Assembly: GCF_009914755.1 (NCBI RefSeq)
Contig: NC_060934.1
DNA length: 64,000 nt
DNA from: the human T2T-CHM13v2.0 reference genome, Homo sapiens
Direction: 5' to 3' (one strand)
Part shown: positions 52,790 to 64,000 of the stretch, piece after piece
Position numbering within the stretch: position 1 is the first letter of the stretch
How the letters are laid out: each line of letters opens with the position of its first letter
Program-made: the position numbers and the translations under genes
Notes under the pieces: model-generated
Seen by the model: the letters and a program-made list of their open reading frames with translations, nothing else
Database searches by the model: none
What the model was told of the DNA's origin: nothing

Positions 52790-54415
52790 ACATACAAAAC
52801 CCAATAGCACTGCTATACATTAACAATGAACTATCTGAAAAAGAAACGAAAACAATCACATTTACAATAGCTATAGAAACATACCTAGGAAAAAGTTTAA
52901 CCAAGGCGATAAAAGGCTTGTACACTGAAAACTATAAAATATTGATGAAAGAAATTGAAGAAGACACAAATAGAAAAGATAGCCCATGTTCATGAATTGA
53001 AAGAATTAATATTGTTAAAATGTCCATGCTACTCTAAGCAATCCACAGATTCAATGCAATCCTTATCAAAATTTTAATGATTTTTTTACATAAATATAAA
53101 AAAAATCTGAAATTTGTATGGAACCACAAAAGACCTCAAATAGCCAAAGCAATCCTGAGCAAAAAGAACAAAGCTGGAGGCATCACACTACCTGAATTCA
53201 AAATATACTACAAAGCTATAGTAATCCAAACAACATGGTATCGGCATTTAAAAAAAGACATATAGGTCGGGCGCAGTGGGTCACACCTGTATTCCCAGCA
53301 CTTTGGGAATCCAAGGTGGGCAGATCACTTGAGGTCAGGAGTTTGAGACCAGCCTGGCCAACATGGTGAAATCCTGTCTCTACTAAAAATACAAAAATTA
53401 GCCAGGTGTGGTGGCGGACACCTGTAGTCCCAGCTACTCAAGAGGCTGGAGCAGGAGAATCACTTGATGGGAGGAGGGTGAGGGATAAAAGACTACAAAC
53501 TGGATTCAGTGTATACTAGTTGGGTGATGGGTGCACCAAAATCTCACAAATCACCACTAAGGAACTGACTCATGTAACCAAATACCACCTCTTCCTAGAA
53601 CCGATAAGTGAATTCAGCAAAGTTTCAGGATACAAAATTAGTGTACACAAATCATTAGCTCTGCTATACACCAACAGTGACCAAGCTGAGAATCAAATGA
53701 AGAACTCAATCTCTTTTATGATAGCTGCAAAAATAAAATAAATACTTAGGAATATATCTAACTGAGGAGGTGAAAGACCTCTACAGGGAAAACTACAAAA
53801 CTCGGCTGAAAGAAATCATAGATGCCACAAACAAATGGAAACACATCGCATGCTCATGGATGGGTAGAATCAATATTGTAAAAGTGACCATACTGCCAAA
53901 ACAATCTAAAAATTCAATGCAATTCCCATCAAAATACCACCATCATTCTTCACAGAACTAGAAATCCGATCATTTTCAACAACATGGATGAATCTGGAGG
54001 ACATTTCATGAAGTGAAATAAGCCAGGCACAGAAAAATACTGCGTGATTTCACTTATATGTGGAATTTTTAAAAAGCTGAACTCACAGAAGCAGTGCAGA
54101 ATGGTGGTTACCAGGGGCTGGGAGTGGGGAGTGTTGGGGAGATGTTGGTCAAATGCAAAATTTCAGTTAGGAGGAATAAGTTCAAGAGATCTATTGTAAA
54201 ACATGGTGACTATAGTTAATAACAATGTATTGTATTCTTGAAAATTGCTGAGAGTAGATTTTAAGTGTTCTCACTACCAAAAAATAAGTCTGTGAGGTTA
54301 CGCATATGTCAATTAGCTCAATTTAGCCATTCCACAATGTATACATACTTCAAAATAACATGTTGTACATGACAAATATATACAATTTTCATTTATCAAT
54401 GAAAACACATAAACA
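52790..54415 (+). mobile_element. L1MA/L1PB/Alu patchwork
   Basis: L1 ORF2 (52790-53265), truncated AluS (53266-53467), L1PB 3' UTR (53468-53595), L1PB ORF2 (53596-53964), L1MA 3' end (53965-54415). Confidence 0.8.
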
Positions 54416-54427
54416 AATAAGTATTTG

Positions 54428-54429
<2 letters not shown>

Positions 54430-54461
<32 letters not shown>
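54430..54461. repeat. (CA)16 microsatellite
   Basis: Direct count. Confidence 0.95.
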
Positions 54462-54465
<4 letters not shown>

Positions 54466-54469
54466 AAAG

Positions 54470-54780
54470 AAACACCACTCTGGCTGCTGTGGGGAGAGCC
54501 TACCACAGAGTACTAAGAGTTGAGGCCAGGACAACAGCTTTCCAGGCGGGAAGGGAACAACTTGGACTGGGACGCTGGAAGCTGGCAGCAAAGATGGGTT
54601 GGGATATATTTTGGCTCTGGCACCACCAGGACGTGTCTATGGATTGTATATGGGAGATATGAGAAGTAGGGGAAAAGGGGAAACCCTAGTGCTCTCTGCT
54701 GTACCACACTGCCTTGGATGGCCCTGGAGGTCACTGGAGCCTATATGCTGCTGGATGGCCTTCACACGTGGTTCCAACAC
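54470..54780 (+). pseudogene. Decayed SRCR exon O (5' end lost at the L1 cluster)
   Basis: EQLGLGR ~ RQLGCG; one frame YFGSGTTRTCLWIV ~ FG.GTGRIWLD.V and RGNPSALCCTTLPW ~ GNESALW.C...PW. Confidence 0.58.
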
Positions 54781-55498
54781 TTCACGGGACTGGGAGCTCG
54801 TGCTCCACACAGCCCCCTGGAAACTCTTGACCTGGGAGAAAGCACCTTCCCAGGATGCGTTGTATTTTACTTTTCTGCAACATCCACCTGGTGTTACTTC
54901 CAGTTCTCCTCTCTGGAGGTACAACAAGGAGAATCCATTCCTTTTCCTAAGAACTTCCTCCAAAAACTTTGAGACTTCATCCTTCTTGGGTCTTTTCCTG
55001 CTTTAAGAAATGAGTGTTTCTCTCAAGAGCTAGAGGAAGGACTTCCATATCCTTCCATATCCTGGTCTGTGCTGGTGTTTCTGCTTCTTACATGTTCTTT
55101 CTTAGTCTTTCTCTCTTCCCTCACACCCCTCTTTTGACCATTCATTTAAAAGCCCCACATGTGCACACAGCCACTCACACATGCATGCACACTGATCTCT
55201 AAAATGGCAGGATTGATATTCTTTTTTTTTTTTTTTTACTCATCTCTGTACCCCAGGTGCTGAGGTGTTTGGGAATAACAAACAACCTCCTACATCATCC
55301 AACTATGGCATCATTTTTATGAGCTTCTTGATTATTTTGCAATCAAAAACTTCAATAATTGTTTTTCTTATGTATGTATGTTATGTATGTGCCATAGATT
55401 TGAACAATACCAAAATTTATACAGAAAAAGAGGAAGGTCACCTCATAAATGTACATTGCCACTTTCAGAGGTAAATAGTCTTCATGTTTTCCATTCAG

Positions 55499-55803
55499 TG
55501 ACCCAAGATCTCTGGGTCACCGGGCCTGGAGATGATCTTGACAGTGGAGGAATCAGCATTAAATAGGTGGAATCTCACTGGGAGGAAGTGGGTCCTTTTC
55601 AGGTGTCCTGCACTTGTCTGTTAGGTCAAGACATCTCAGTTTGGGGTTAGCCTCTACCACTGTCTAACAACCAAGGTGCTCCCATTTAACAACGAGAGAG
55701 CACAACTCAGGCTTTGATCTATACTAACCCAACTGACTTTTTGAAATGTAGAATGTGTCTTTCAGAGCACATTTGCCACCTCCAGGAGCTCAGGACATGA
55801 GAA
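55499..55803 (+). pseudogene. Decayed SRCR exon P (305 bp)
   Basis: Phase-1 acceptor cattcag|TG; DLWVTGPGDDLDSGGISIK*VESHWEEVG; RHLSLGLA ~ RHLGCG.A; QGAPI*; SGFDLY*PN*; EHICHLQE ~ .HNC.H.E. Confidence 0.6.
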
Positions 55804-55936
55804 GTAAACATATGAGAAGAAATTTGACAATGCCAGGTGGCGCATAGAAAATGCCAAATTATTGGGAAGACATTTTCTTATGCTCCACCAAAGGGGGCAG
55901 CTCGAGGTGAGTCCTGGACAGTGAATGTGGCTACAG

Positions 55937-56273
55937 AGGTAGAGCTAGGCTGCTGCAAGCAATTGAAAAGAGCTGGAGAAGAGTAAGTGCTGTTACTAGG
56001 ACACAGGTGGGTAGGAGAAGAAAGTCTGCAGAGAGGCAGGTGGGCTGCCTGGAGTTGGCGTAACACCTGGAATGTCAAACTTGGAAGTCTGTGCTTTAGG
56101 CCAAGGGCATTGAAGATGTCTGGAAGATTCTTCTCATGGCAGCTGGAAATACAGGACAAAAGGCTAAAGAATTGATTCAAAGCCCCAAGAAGATAAGACA
56201 AAGAAGCAGGCTATTTTGAGTCTCCAGATCCACGAAGAACTGCTGTAGAGATGAAGCTAAGCCTCCTTGTAGG
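55937..56273 (+). pseudogene. Decayed SRCR exon Q
   Basis: Phase-1 acceptor ctacag|AG; AGEE*VLLLGHRW ~ AGRVEVL..G.W; HLEC; FRPR ~ FGPG; KNCCRDEAKPPC ~ HNC.H.EDA.V.C. Confidence 0.5.
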
Positions 56274-57079
56274 GCCAGGCATGTGCGTCTCTCCTTGTTC
56301 AGGGTGCACACAAGGCTGTGCCTGGTTCCTGCTGGCTTCTGCAGCCTCATCTCTCACCACTCACTTCCTAGACTTTCTTCTGCACTCACAATCCTCCCAG
56401 TGTCTGGTGCTTGCTGCTATCTTTCCGCGCTGCGCATGCTAAACCTTCTGCCCTAATGCTCTCCCCATTGTCACTACCTGCCCCCCGCTTCCTTTCTGCC
56501 TATTCTTCTTTCATGACTTGGCCCAGCTACCGCCTTCAGGACTTGATGCTCTTACTCTGTGCCACTCTCTCCAGCAAGGGGACTCTCCTAGGTGCCCTCA
56601 TGGTCTCTTTGGTTACCTGATTGCACTGTGTTGTTATTACCTGCTTGCCTAGGTCTCCCCACCTGCATCGTAAGCTCTTCAGGGACCTTATTTTATTCAT
56701 GCTGACTCTCAATGCCTGGGCCAAGACCTGACATGGAGTAGGTATTCTATAATTTATTAGTGAATGGATGATGCGGATTAACTCTTCATTTGTCTTCCAG
56801 GAGCTAGTTTAAACTAAAGCAAAATGTTGTGTGTTATGAAGCATCAGAAAGGATGTAAGGATGGCGAGACCCTAGGACTGTGGTTCTCAAGTGTTGGGCC
56901 ATGGCCTCTTGATGTGTTATAAATTCTTCTCAAAAGGGTCAATGGATTTGGATCAACATATGAAATAACTTTTGTTAAAATAAATGATATATATTGTTCT
57001 GATAGTGTTCATCACAGGCTCATTGAATGAAGCCGGACATTTGAAGTGAAGTAGCTTTTCTCCTGACCTTTCTTCCAAG

Positions 57080-57390
57080 GAAGAGTTAAGAGGCTTAGTG
57101 TAAAATTGAGCCTGAGCCAGATGTGAACATGAGTATAGAAAAGAGTCCAGACAGGGCAATAAACATTCCTGACCAGGGATATGCTGGTAAACAGCAGTCA
57201 AGGGAATATCACACTAACTGTGGATGCTTTCATAGGCAGCATGAAAATTCTATTGTAATCTTTAGTGTTGTTTTGAGTCTTTTATTCTTTAAGATCCTGC
57301 GAAAATTCTAGGCGGAAAGCCCTGCCCTAGAAAGAGTTCCTGAGTGACCAGTCCGCCAGTCAGTAGGTGGCAAGTCTTCGGGCAGAGACT
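57080..57390 (+). pseudogene. Decayed SRCR exon R
   Basis: Strong polypyrimidine acceptor cctttcttccaag; ELRGLV*N*A*ARCE ~ ELRLVNG..RCE; IPDQGYAGKQQSREYHTNCG ~ VCDDGW.......VCR.LNCG. Confidence 0.5.
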
Positions 57391-57699
57391 ATGGGAGATG
57401 TTCCTTAAGCCTGATACCATTTTTTCAAATCAATAAAATGATAAAAAGCCAAGGACTGCCTTCCTCTTGTTTTTACAAAACTGTCACCCTTTGGCAAGTT
57501 TTGTAAATGTGTGTTGTAATCCAGATTATTTAATCATTTCCTGGCAGCAATAGTTTTTCAGTCATGCTGTTCATGGGTAAATGATTTTCAGAGTGATAAG
57601 AGAAAGGGCGCTGACAATGGGCTTACAGTGTGAACGCTTCTGTTTTTTATAACTTGCCTAAAATTGCATCACAGGTTGGATTTCAATCATGATTTGGTG

Positions 57700-58450
57700 A
57701 CTAGCTCCCTTTCATATATAACCTTTCTATATTTTCACGAATTTTGTGCTTGCTTGATGTATAGTGTCTGAGCTAAAATCTCCCATGATGGTTGTGGTTT
57801 TATTAATTTCCGCTTGCAATTATGTGAGGTTTTGCTCAGGATGTTTCAAGATTATTTTGGTAGATGCAACCAAATTTTGGTGCAATGTTTCTTTTATTCT
57901 TATGTAGCCATCCTCTTTATGTCTGTTAATAATTTTTACTATAAATTACATAATATTTTACTATAAATTAATATCACCATGCAAACTTTTGTTGAGTACT
58001 TGCATAGTACATCTTTTCCCAATCTTTCTATGTCATTTTGTTTTAGGCATAACTTTTATAGATAGGACAGAAGCAGCCTGATTAAAAAAATACATATGGA
58101 TAGTCTCTTTTAAAAAGTTAGTTTAATCCATTTCTGTTTAGTGTGATTTCTTATACATTTAAACTTTATTTCAAACATCTTCTGTATTTTCTATTTACCA
58201 TCCTTGTTGTTTGCATTTCTTTCCCAGCCTGTCTTTGAAGTTTATTAGTGTTCCCCTTTCTATTTCCTTTGCTGATGTGGAAGCTGTAAATTGTGCATTT
58301 CTTATTTTTAATTCTTACCCTTAAATTTTACATTTTAAATTAATACTTAACTCTAACTTTTTTCTAGAAAAACTTAAAGTTATTCAGTATCTATCCCAAA
58401 TGAGTGTAGTAGTTACTGGCATTTTGATAACTTCTTTGTGATGTGTTTAT
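57700..58450 (-). mobile_element. Old L1M fragment
   Basis: T-rich antisense L1-like sequence (aaatctcccatgatggttgtgg..., agtttaatccattt...). Confidence 0.5.
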
Positions 58451-58531
58451 TATGTGTAAACATGTCTTCAGGCAGCAATGTTATCATAGCTCACTACACC
58501 TACATGCAGGCTTACAAATACTTTGAGTGTC

Positions 58532-58706
58532 TTTTTTTTTTTTTTTTGAGACAGAATCTTGCTTTGTCACCCAGGCTGGAGTGTAGTGGCTTGATCTTGG
58601 CTCGCTGCAACCTCTGTCTCCAGGGTTCAAGCGATTCTCCTGCCTCAGGTTCCTGAGTGGCTGGGATTACAGGTGCCCACCACCATGCCTGGCTAATTAT
58701 TGTGTA
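58532..58706 (-). mobile_element. 5'-truncated Alu (right arm)
   Basis: Poly(T), gagacagaatcttgc...caccatgcctggctaatt. Confidence 0.9.
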
Positions 58707-59058
58707 TCTATTGTTTTGAGTACTTTGTCTTCAGTTCTCTTGAGAAGAGATTTTCAATTGCTTCTGGAAACTGCTCTATCCATTTGAGTGGGCATTGCCA
58801 TGGTCTTGAAGATGCCACAGGTGGCCTTACTTAGCTGATTGGCTCAAGGGTAAGCATATGACCTAAATTAGCCCAATCAGAATCCTTCACCAATTTTTTG
58901 AATAGGAACAGAAAAAAAGAGGGCTTGTCCTCTCTAGTCATGGATGCTGTGACATATGGGATGTCAGCACTATCAGCACAATTCCTCTAATCCACAGTGG
59001 AAGAGAATGAAGAAAAGAGCAAAAACCCTCCAAAAGACAAATGATTAAATGCCACTAG

Positions 59059-59350
59059 GATCTTTGGGAGAGGGGCCAAGAGAAAGTGCAAGAGACTCTC
59101 CGCAGGCTGTGTGCGTGAACACAAAGGCCCATAATCGTGACTTTTTAAGGAACACTGGAAGTGAGCATGGTCAAAGGATGAAAATGTTGCTCATACATAT
59201 AGATATGCCACCATCCAAAGACAGACAAAGGAAGACACTAAGGAATAGAAAGATGAGCTGGAGTGGGAATGAAGAAAAGTTTATAAAATCAGGAAAGGGG
59301 AAATGTTAAAACAGTTATTCTTTGAAGTCCATGAATGTGGCTCATTTAGA
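59059..59350 (+). pseudogene. Decayed SRCR exon S
   Basis: Phase-1 acceptor ccactag|GA; LGEGPRESAR ~ LVEGPSRCAG; AVC; MSWSGNEEKFIKS ~ V.CSGNE..L..C (ORF 59049-59309). Confidence 0.5.
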
Positions 59351-59840
59351 ACAAGGAAAGGCAACATGAAGCATGTTATGTGGCAGGAGATACATTCTTA
59401 GAATATGTGAACCTGAGCGTGCTGCTGCTGAAATATGAAATTCAAAATGAATTTTGAAAAAAAAAAAAAACCCTGAATGATAGGCTTCATTTCATATTTG
59501 GCTTCCATCTGAATCTCTTTTTGTTCTCTGGGTGTGTTTGTGCATGCACACACGTGCACATGTGCTTAATTAGGGGAGAGGCTGCAGCTTAGCCAGGTGA
59601 GAGGTGAGGGAGCATGACCATTGGCCAGTCCAGCCCAATCCTGTTTCTGCAGGTCTCAGAGGAAGACAGAGGGGATATTGCCCCAGCAGGGCCGGGACAG
59701 AGAGAGACGAGCATTTTCCTTTCTTCATTTTGGGCAGTGGCTAACAACGTTTATCTCATGACTTTTGTGCATTGTTCCCCATAAAAAAGGGTGACTAAGA
59801 GTTGTGGAAGCTCATGTTGTAAATGTTTGAAAACATGTAG

Positions 59841-60133
59841 ATTTTACCATCTGGGGGTGGTTCAAGAGGTGTTTTAACTGGAAGACTGAGAGGTAGATAA
59901 GTTGGCTTCTTACCAAGTCCCTTCTTGTCAAGAGATCCTCAGATATTACAGATATGTGATCTGTGATGAAGACAGTTGTGGCTGGCAAGCCCCGGCCAGA
60001 TGCCCTAACGAAGAGCATCTGAATGCACACTCTGCAGCTTTAGGTGTCATTTCAGAGCTCATGGTGACAGATGGCTGCAACATTCTGGATGCCTCCCGGA
60101 GGCAAAGAGAAACAGTGGGAGCGGCATAGGAAG
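59841..60133 (+). pseudogene. Decayed SRCR exon T
   Basis: GGSR...GRL/EVDKLASYQVPSCQEILRYYRYVICDEDSCGWQAP ~ GRLEV...GSW..VC........VVCRQLGCGWA..AP; RETVGAA* ~ EDAGV.C. Confidence 0.55.
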
Positions 60134-60627
60134 GCTGTGAAAGAGGTCCTGAGGGAGAATACCCATGCCAGGTGCATGCATGCCAACGGGAAAGTAGTTA
60201 GCATGAAGACAGGCAGGGGCTAGTGTAGCAGGCAGTCTCAGGCCTGGTAGCCATGCCAGGGACAAGATGCCCACAGCTCGTCAGCAATACCCAGTCTGAA
60301 TTCTGAGACCAGGCTGCCAGGTGTGGAGTAGGCTGGTGAGAGGGTAACCAAGAAGGCCCTGAAAGAAAGCCAGGCCAAGCCAGAAGGAAAGAGAAGGAGA
60401 CTGACCAGGAAGACCGTGGGAAAAGAGTAAGGCCTTGCGGAGAGGAGCAATAAGTTGTGGGCACTGACTGTGTGAGGTGACAGAGCTGAGGGTGACTGAG
60501 GGGGGCTGGGTGACTTGCGTTGGTAGCATGAACAGGAAGCTGCTCTCGAGTCCTTAGCCACTCCAGTCACAGTCATTGCCCCACAAAGAGAGCTGACGTA
60601 ATCCGCCCCTTGCACCGGGTTTCCGGG

Positions 60628-60920
60628 GTGCGGTGGGGGTCCTGCTGTGGATACTCATTAATAGGCAGATAGGTGGCTCAGTCCTTCTTCTGGAACAGTC
60701 ACCTGGAGATGGCCCCTTGCACAGTGTGGAAGCTGAGTGAGATGGCACTTCTCCCATGGAGGCCATGGTGGCCTCCTGTCACTTTCCCATCCCCTTCCTG
60801 TCCATGCATCCCCCAGCTGAACTGTGTTGATGCAAAGGAGGAGAAACTGGGGCCCCACAATGGGCTTCTGCCTTGGAATGACAAGCAACTCCCTGCCATG
60901 GCCCACAGAAGCCCCTTCCC
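60628..60920 (+). pseudogene. Possible decayed SRCR exon U
   Basis: VR...GR*VAQSFFW; WKLSE; LNCVDAKEEKLGPHNGLLPW; weak match. Confidence 0.3.
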
Positions 60921-61237
60921 TGGGAGACCTTTCCCGAGGCTGAATGATGCCATGGGGGGCAGGAAGTGTTGCAGCCATTAGTTTGAATTTGGGCACCATG
61001 GTCTGGCTTCTCTGAGCTCTGTCTTCTCATCTCTAGAATGAGGAGAGGAAGAAGGACTGGGCTTGAATGTTTGCTGACATCCTTGCTAGCTCTCAGATCC
61101 TGGGATTTAAGGGACCCTTCAACTTCAGGTGGGGCAGTTTCTAAGCAGAGAAGAAAAGGGGTATTGAATATGCATGAAGGAATGGGGCCTTCTTTCTTCC
61201 TGTGGGTTTAAGGCTGGGTACTCCTGCTCTCTTGTTT

Positions 61238-61505
61238 AAGAGACATGGTCTCTGTCGCCCAGGCTGGAGTGCAGTGGTGCAATCTCATTGTAACCTGGAA
61301 CTCCTGGGCTTAAGCGATCTTCCCACTTTAGCCTCTTGACTAGCTAAGACTGCAGGCACACGCCACCATGCCTGGCTAATTTTTAAGTTTTTTTTTTTTT
61401 TTTTCTAGAGGCAGGGTCTCATTATGGTGGCCCGGCTGGCCTTGAACTCATGCCTCAGGCCTCCCAAAGTGCTGGGATTACAGGCGTGAGCCACCACACC
61501 CAGCC
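61238..61505 (-). mobile_element. AluJ-type element
   Basis: Diverged antisense Alu. Confidence 0.9.
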
Positions 61506-61983
61506 TCTGTTGTTAGAAGGCCAACCCAACTGCCATTTTTATTTCTATTTTCTCAGCTAAAATGGAAAGAGAACTTTAAAGATTTCTTTGAGCAAGCTGA
61601 TGCTTAGGAAGCCAGACTAATCTCCACCCCCAAATAGCTAGGAAATGATTTTTCAATGTACAAAGGGAGTCCTCACAGCCAACCTCCCTAAGTTCCCATA
61701 AAAATAGAGTTTCATTCACAGAATGCTACATATTCTGGGACGGTTTTGTTATGTGAAGAAGAATGTAATGAAGAACATTTCTAGGGGTGACATGTGACCC
61801 ATAAATCCTTTGGGATTAGGTGGGTGCCTATGTATGATGGTATGTTGTTCATTTTATTATTTTGTGCCTTATTTGAAAGTTATATTTATCCTTTAGAAAT
61901 TCACTAGTATGGTTGATACATTGAATAAACATAATCCATGGTATAATCAAAACGCAAACTTACTTTTTGTCTTTGCACCTTAA

Positions 61984-62101
61984 TTTTTTTTTTTTTTTTT
62001 GAGACGGAGTCTCGCACTGTCGCCCAGGCTGGAGTGCAGTGGCGCGATCTCGGCTCACTGTAACCTCTGCCTCCCGGGTTCATGCCATTCTCCTGCCTTA
62101 G
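61984..62101 (-). mobile_element. Alu 3' fragment, AluY-like
   Basis: gagacggagtctcgc...cccgggttcatgccattctcctgcc. Confidence 0.88.
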
Positions 62102-62122
62102 TAGTATCTTTCCCTGCTCCAG

Positions 62123-62490
62123 GACGAAAACTTGCGTGGGTCCTTCTTCAGTAACAGAGTGCTATGGTTACTTTAAATCACAGAGCAGAGTTTTGGGGCT
62201 GGCCACCTGGGGGCCAGCAGAGGCATGGGCACTAAACCCAGATGCTTGGACAGTAGAGTCACCCACCACTGCTTGAGCCAACTGGCCTGGGCAGGAAGCA
62301 TGTCACACAAGATCTGCTTCTACAAGGCTGCAGTGACGGGCAGACTGGAGAGGACCAGGTTTCAATACAGCGTCAGAGAACCACAGGGAGAGACGGGGTC
62401 GGGGCTGAAGCACACGAGACCACATTTGGGACCTTGGCATGATCCGAGGAGGCAGGAGGACCCCTGAGGATGATGGATGTGGGCCTCCTA
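62123..62490 (+). pseudogene. Decayed SRCR exon V
   Basis: Acceptor ctttccctgctccag; [11 protein letters not shown]...TWGPAEAWALNPDAWTV; CLSQLAWAGSMS ~ CRQLGCG.AMS; FQYSVREPQ ~ VQCSGRE; RQEDP ~ HQEDA. Confidence 0.55.
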
Positions 62491-62724
62491 AGCAACACTG
62501 GGGAATGGGAGGTTTGTGGCATGGTTTGATTGAATCAAGGAAGATTAATGTGGAGATTTTTCCATCTGAATATCTCCACTGCATGTGATAAAAATACAAA
62601 CATATCATCCTTCTTAAACACCTTTGTTTGGAAGGGTTATTTTATAAAAAATGTAAAGTAAAAGCTTCCCTTAATATATTTTGCTCTTTAAAAATGAAAC
62701 ATATTATCCTTAAAAAAAGAATGG

Positions 62725-62835
62725 AGCCAGGCATGGTAACTCTTGCTCAGGAGGCTGAGGGGAGAGGATTGCTTGAGTCCAGGGGTTCAAGACCAGCCTG
62801 GGCAACATAGCAAGGCCCTTGCTTCTAAAAAAATT
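62725..62835 (+). mobile_element. FLAM (Alu monomer)
   Basis: ggaggctgagggg...gttcaagaccagcctgggcaacatagcaagg. Confidence 0.8.
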
Positions 62836-63001
62836 AGACTTTCTTTTGTTATTTCATTGTAAAATTTAAAATGGTTTGGGAATTACATTTTGATCACTTG
62901 TTGCAGCAATTTGTTGAAGAGACCATTTTAAGTCCAAGTATGAATCAAATTATACCTCATTTTAAACTCATGCTAACTGCTTTCTTGTCAAGACATTAGA
63001 A

Positions 63002-63329
63002 TTTTCTTTCTTCTTTTCTTTCTTTCTTTTTTTTTTTTTTTTTGAGACAGGCTCTCACTTTGTTACCCAGGCTGCAGTACAGTGGCATGATCTTGGCTCT
63101 TTGCAGCCTCGACCTCCTAGGCTCAAGCGATCTCTTGCTTTAGCCCCCTACAAGTAGCTGGGACTATAGGTGTGCTCCACCACGCCCAGCTAATTTTTTT
63201 GTAGAGACAAGGTTTTGTCACGTTGCCCAGGTTTTGTCACGTTGTCTCGAACTCCTGGGCTCCAGTAATTCATCTGCCTCGGCCTCCCAAAGTGCTGGGA
63301 TTACAGGTGTGAGGCACCGTGCCTGGCCT
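63002..63329 (-). mobile_element. AluJ-type element with TSD gaattttct
   Basis: Antisense Alu with an internal 16-bp duplication. Confidence 0.92.
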
Positions 63330-64000
63330 GGAATTTTCTAAAGTGGTTTGTGGTCAGACACTTGTAAGATCTGAGGACATGTTTCCCAGGAATGTGAAGG
63401 ATCATCTTGACAGCATCCCATGGGGCCCAGAGTAAGCCCTACACTGCTCTGGGAAGCGTCATCCAATCCCTCAAATCCATGCAGTCCTGGCTTCTGCCAG
63501 GCACTGGCACATGCTGCCCTCCTGATACAGCATGACAGACAACCTGGGCTCTGTTAGTGGCTTTATTTTCACCTTTAAATTTAAAAAACAATTTCTTCAA
63601 GTAATAATTCAAAACAACCAGTGGTTTTCTATTTCTAAAAAAGTAATCCATGACATAAATGAAGATTCGAACTTATGAATGTCTAGGCACTGCCAGGTAC
63701 TGTCTCAGAAATCTTTCACTATCGTCCATCTAACTCTTAGCTGTTCTCCAAATTCAAGCTTACAGAGGTCTTTGATTTCACCTAAGTTTTTTTTCTTAAA
63801 ATCAAGTGTCTTCTGAGGTTTGTAGTGCACATCTCTAGTGCCAGTTCTGATTCACAGGTCTTGAAGTGGCTTAGTGGTTTTCATCGGTTATTTTCCAACG
63901 CACCAGTGACTTTTCTCCCCAGCTGGATTATAAATTCCTCAGGCTGGGATTGCAGCTTTCCAGACCCCTGGCACAGGCTATTTGGTGCAGTTGTGCTCAA

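Noticed and set aside
53077-53961. L1 ORF2-like peptides
   Set aside because: Short disrupted fragments of dead L1 copies, not a functional gene.

Overview
Human-type (primate) genomic DNA from the HTRA1 locus (10q26.13). Bases 1-30.75 kb hold the end of intron 1 and exons 2-9 of HTRA1 on the + strand. These exons encode the trypsin-like protease domain (His220/Asp250/Ser328 intact) and the PDZ domain, all introns are GT-AG, and the poly(A) signal is ATTAAA. The remaining ~33 kb is the intergenic stretch towards DMBT1 (not reached in this window) and carries the usual Alu, L1, L2, MIR, MLT, LTR8-like and DNA-transposon fossils. Main observation: between ~31.5 and ~62.5 kb, by-eye conceptual translation shows about 20 co-oriented (+ strand), exon-sized (~300 bp), heavily decayed group-B SRCR (scavenger-receptor cysteine-rich) domain remnants. 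Several keep phase-1 splice acceptors and some are split by MIR, Alu or L1 insertions. I read this as the fossil of a large multi-SRCR (DMBT1/CD163/WC1-like) gene starting <1 kb after the HTRA1 poly(A) site; it needs confirming with a frameshift-aware HMM search. Also present are two clear templated-insertion repair scars (one preserves an LTR junction later deleted at its source), two short tandem arrays, a permuted 5'-inverted L1, and inverted Alu pairs around HTRA1 exons.
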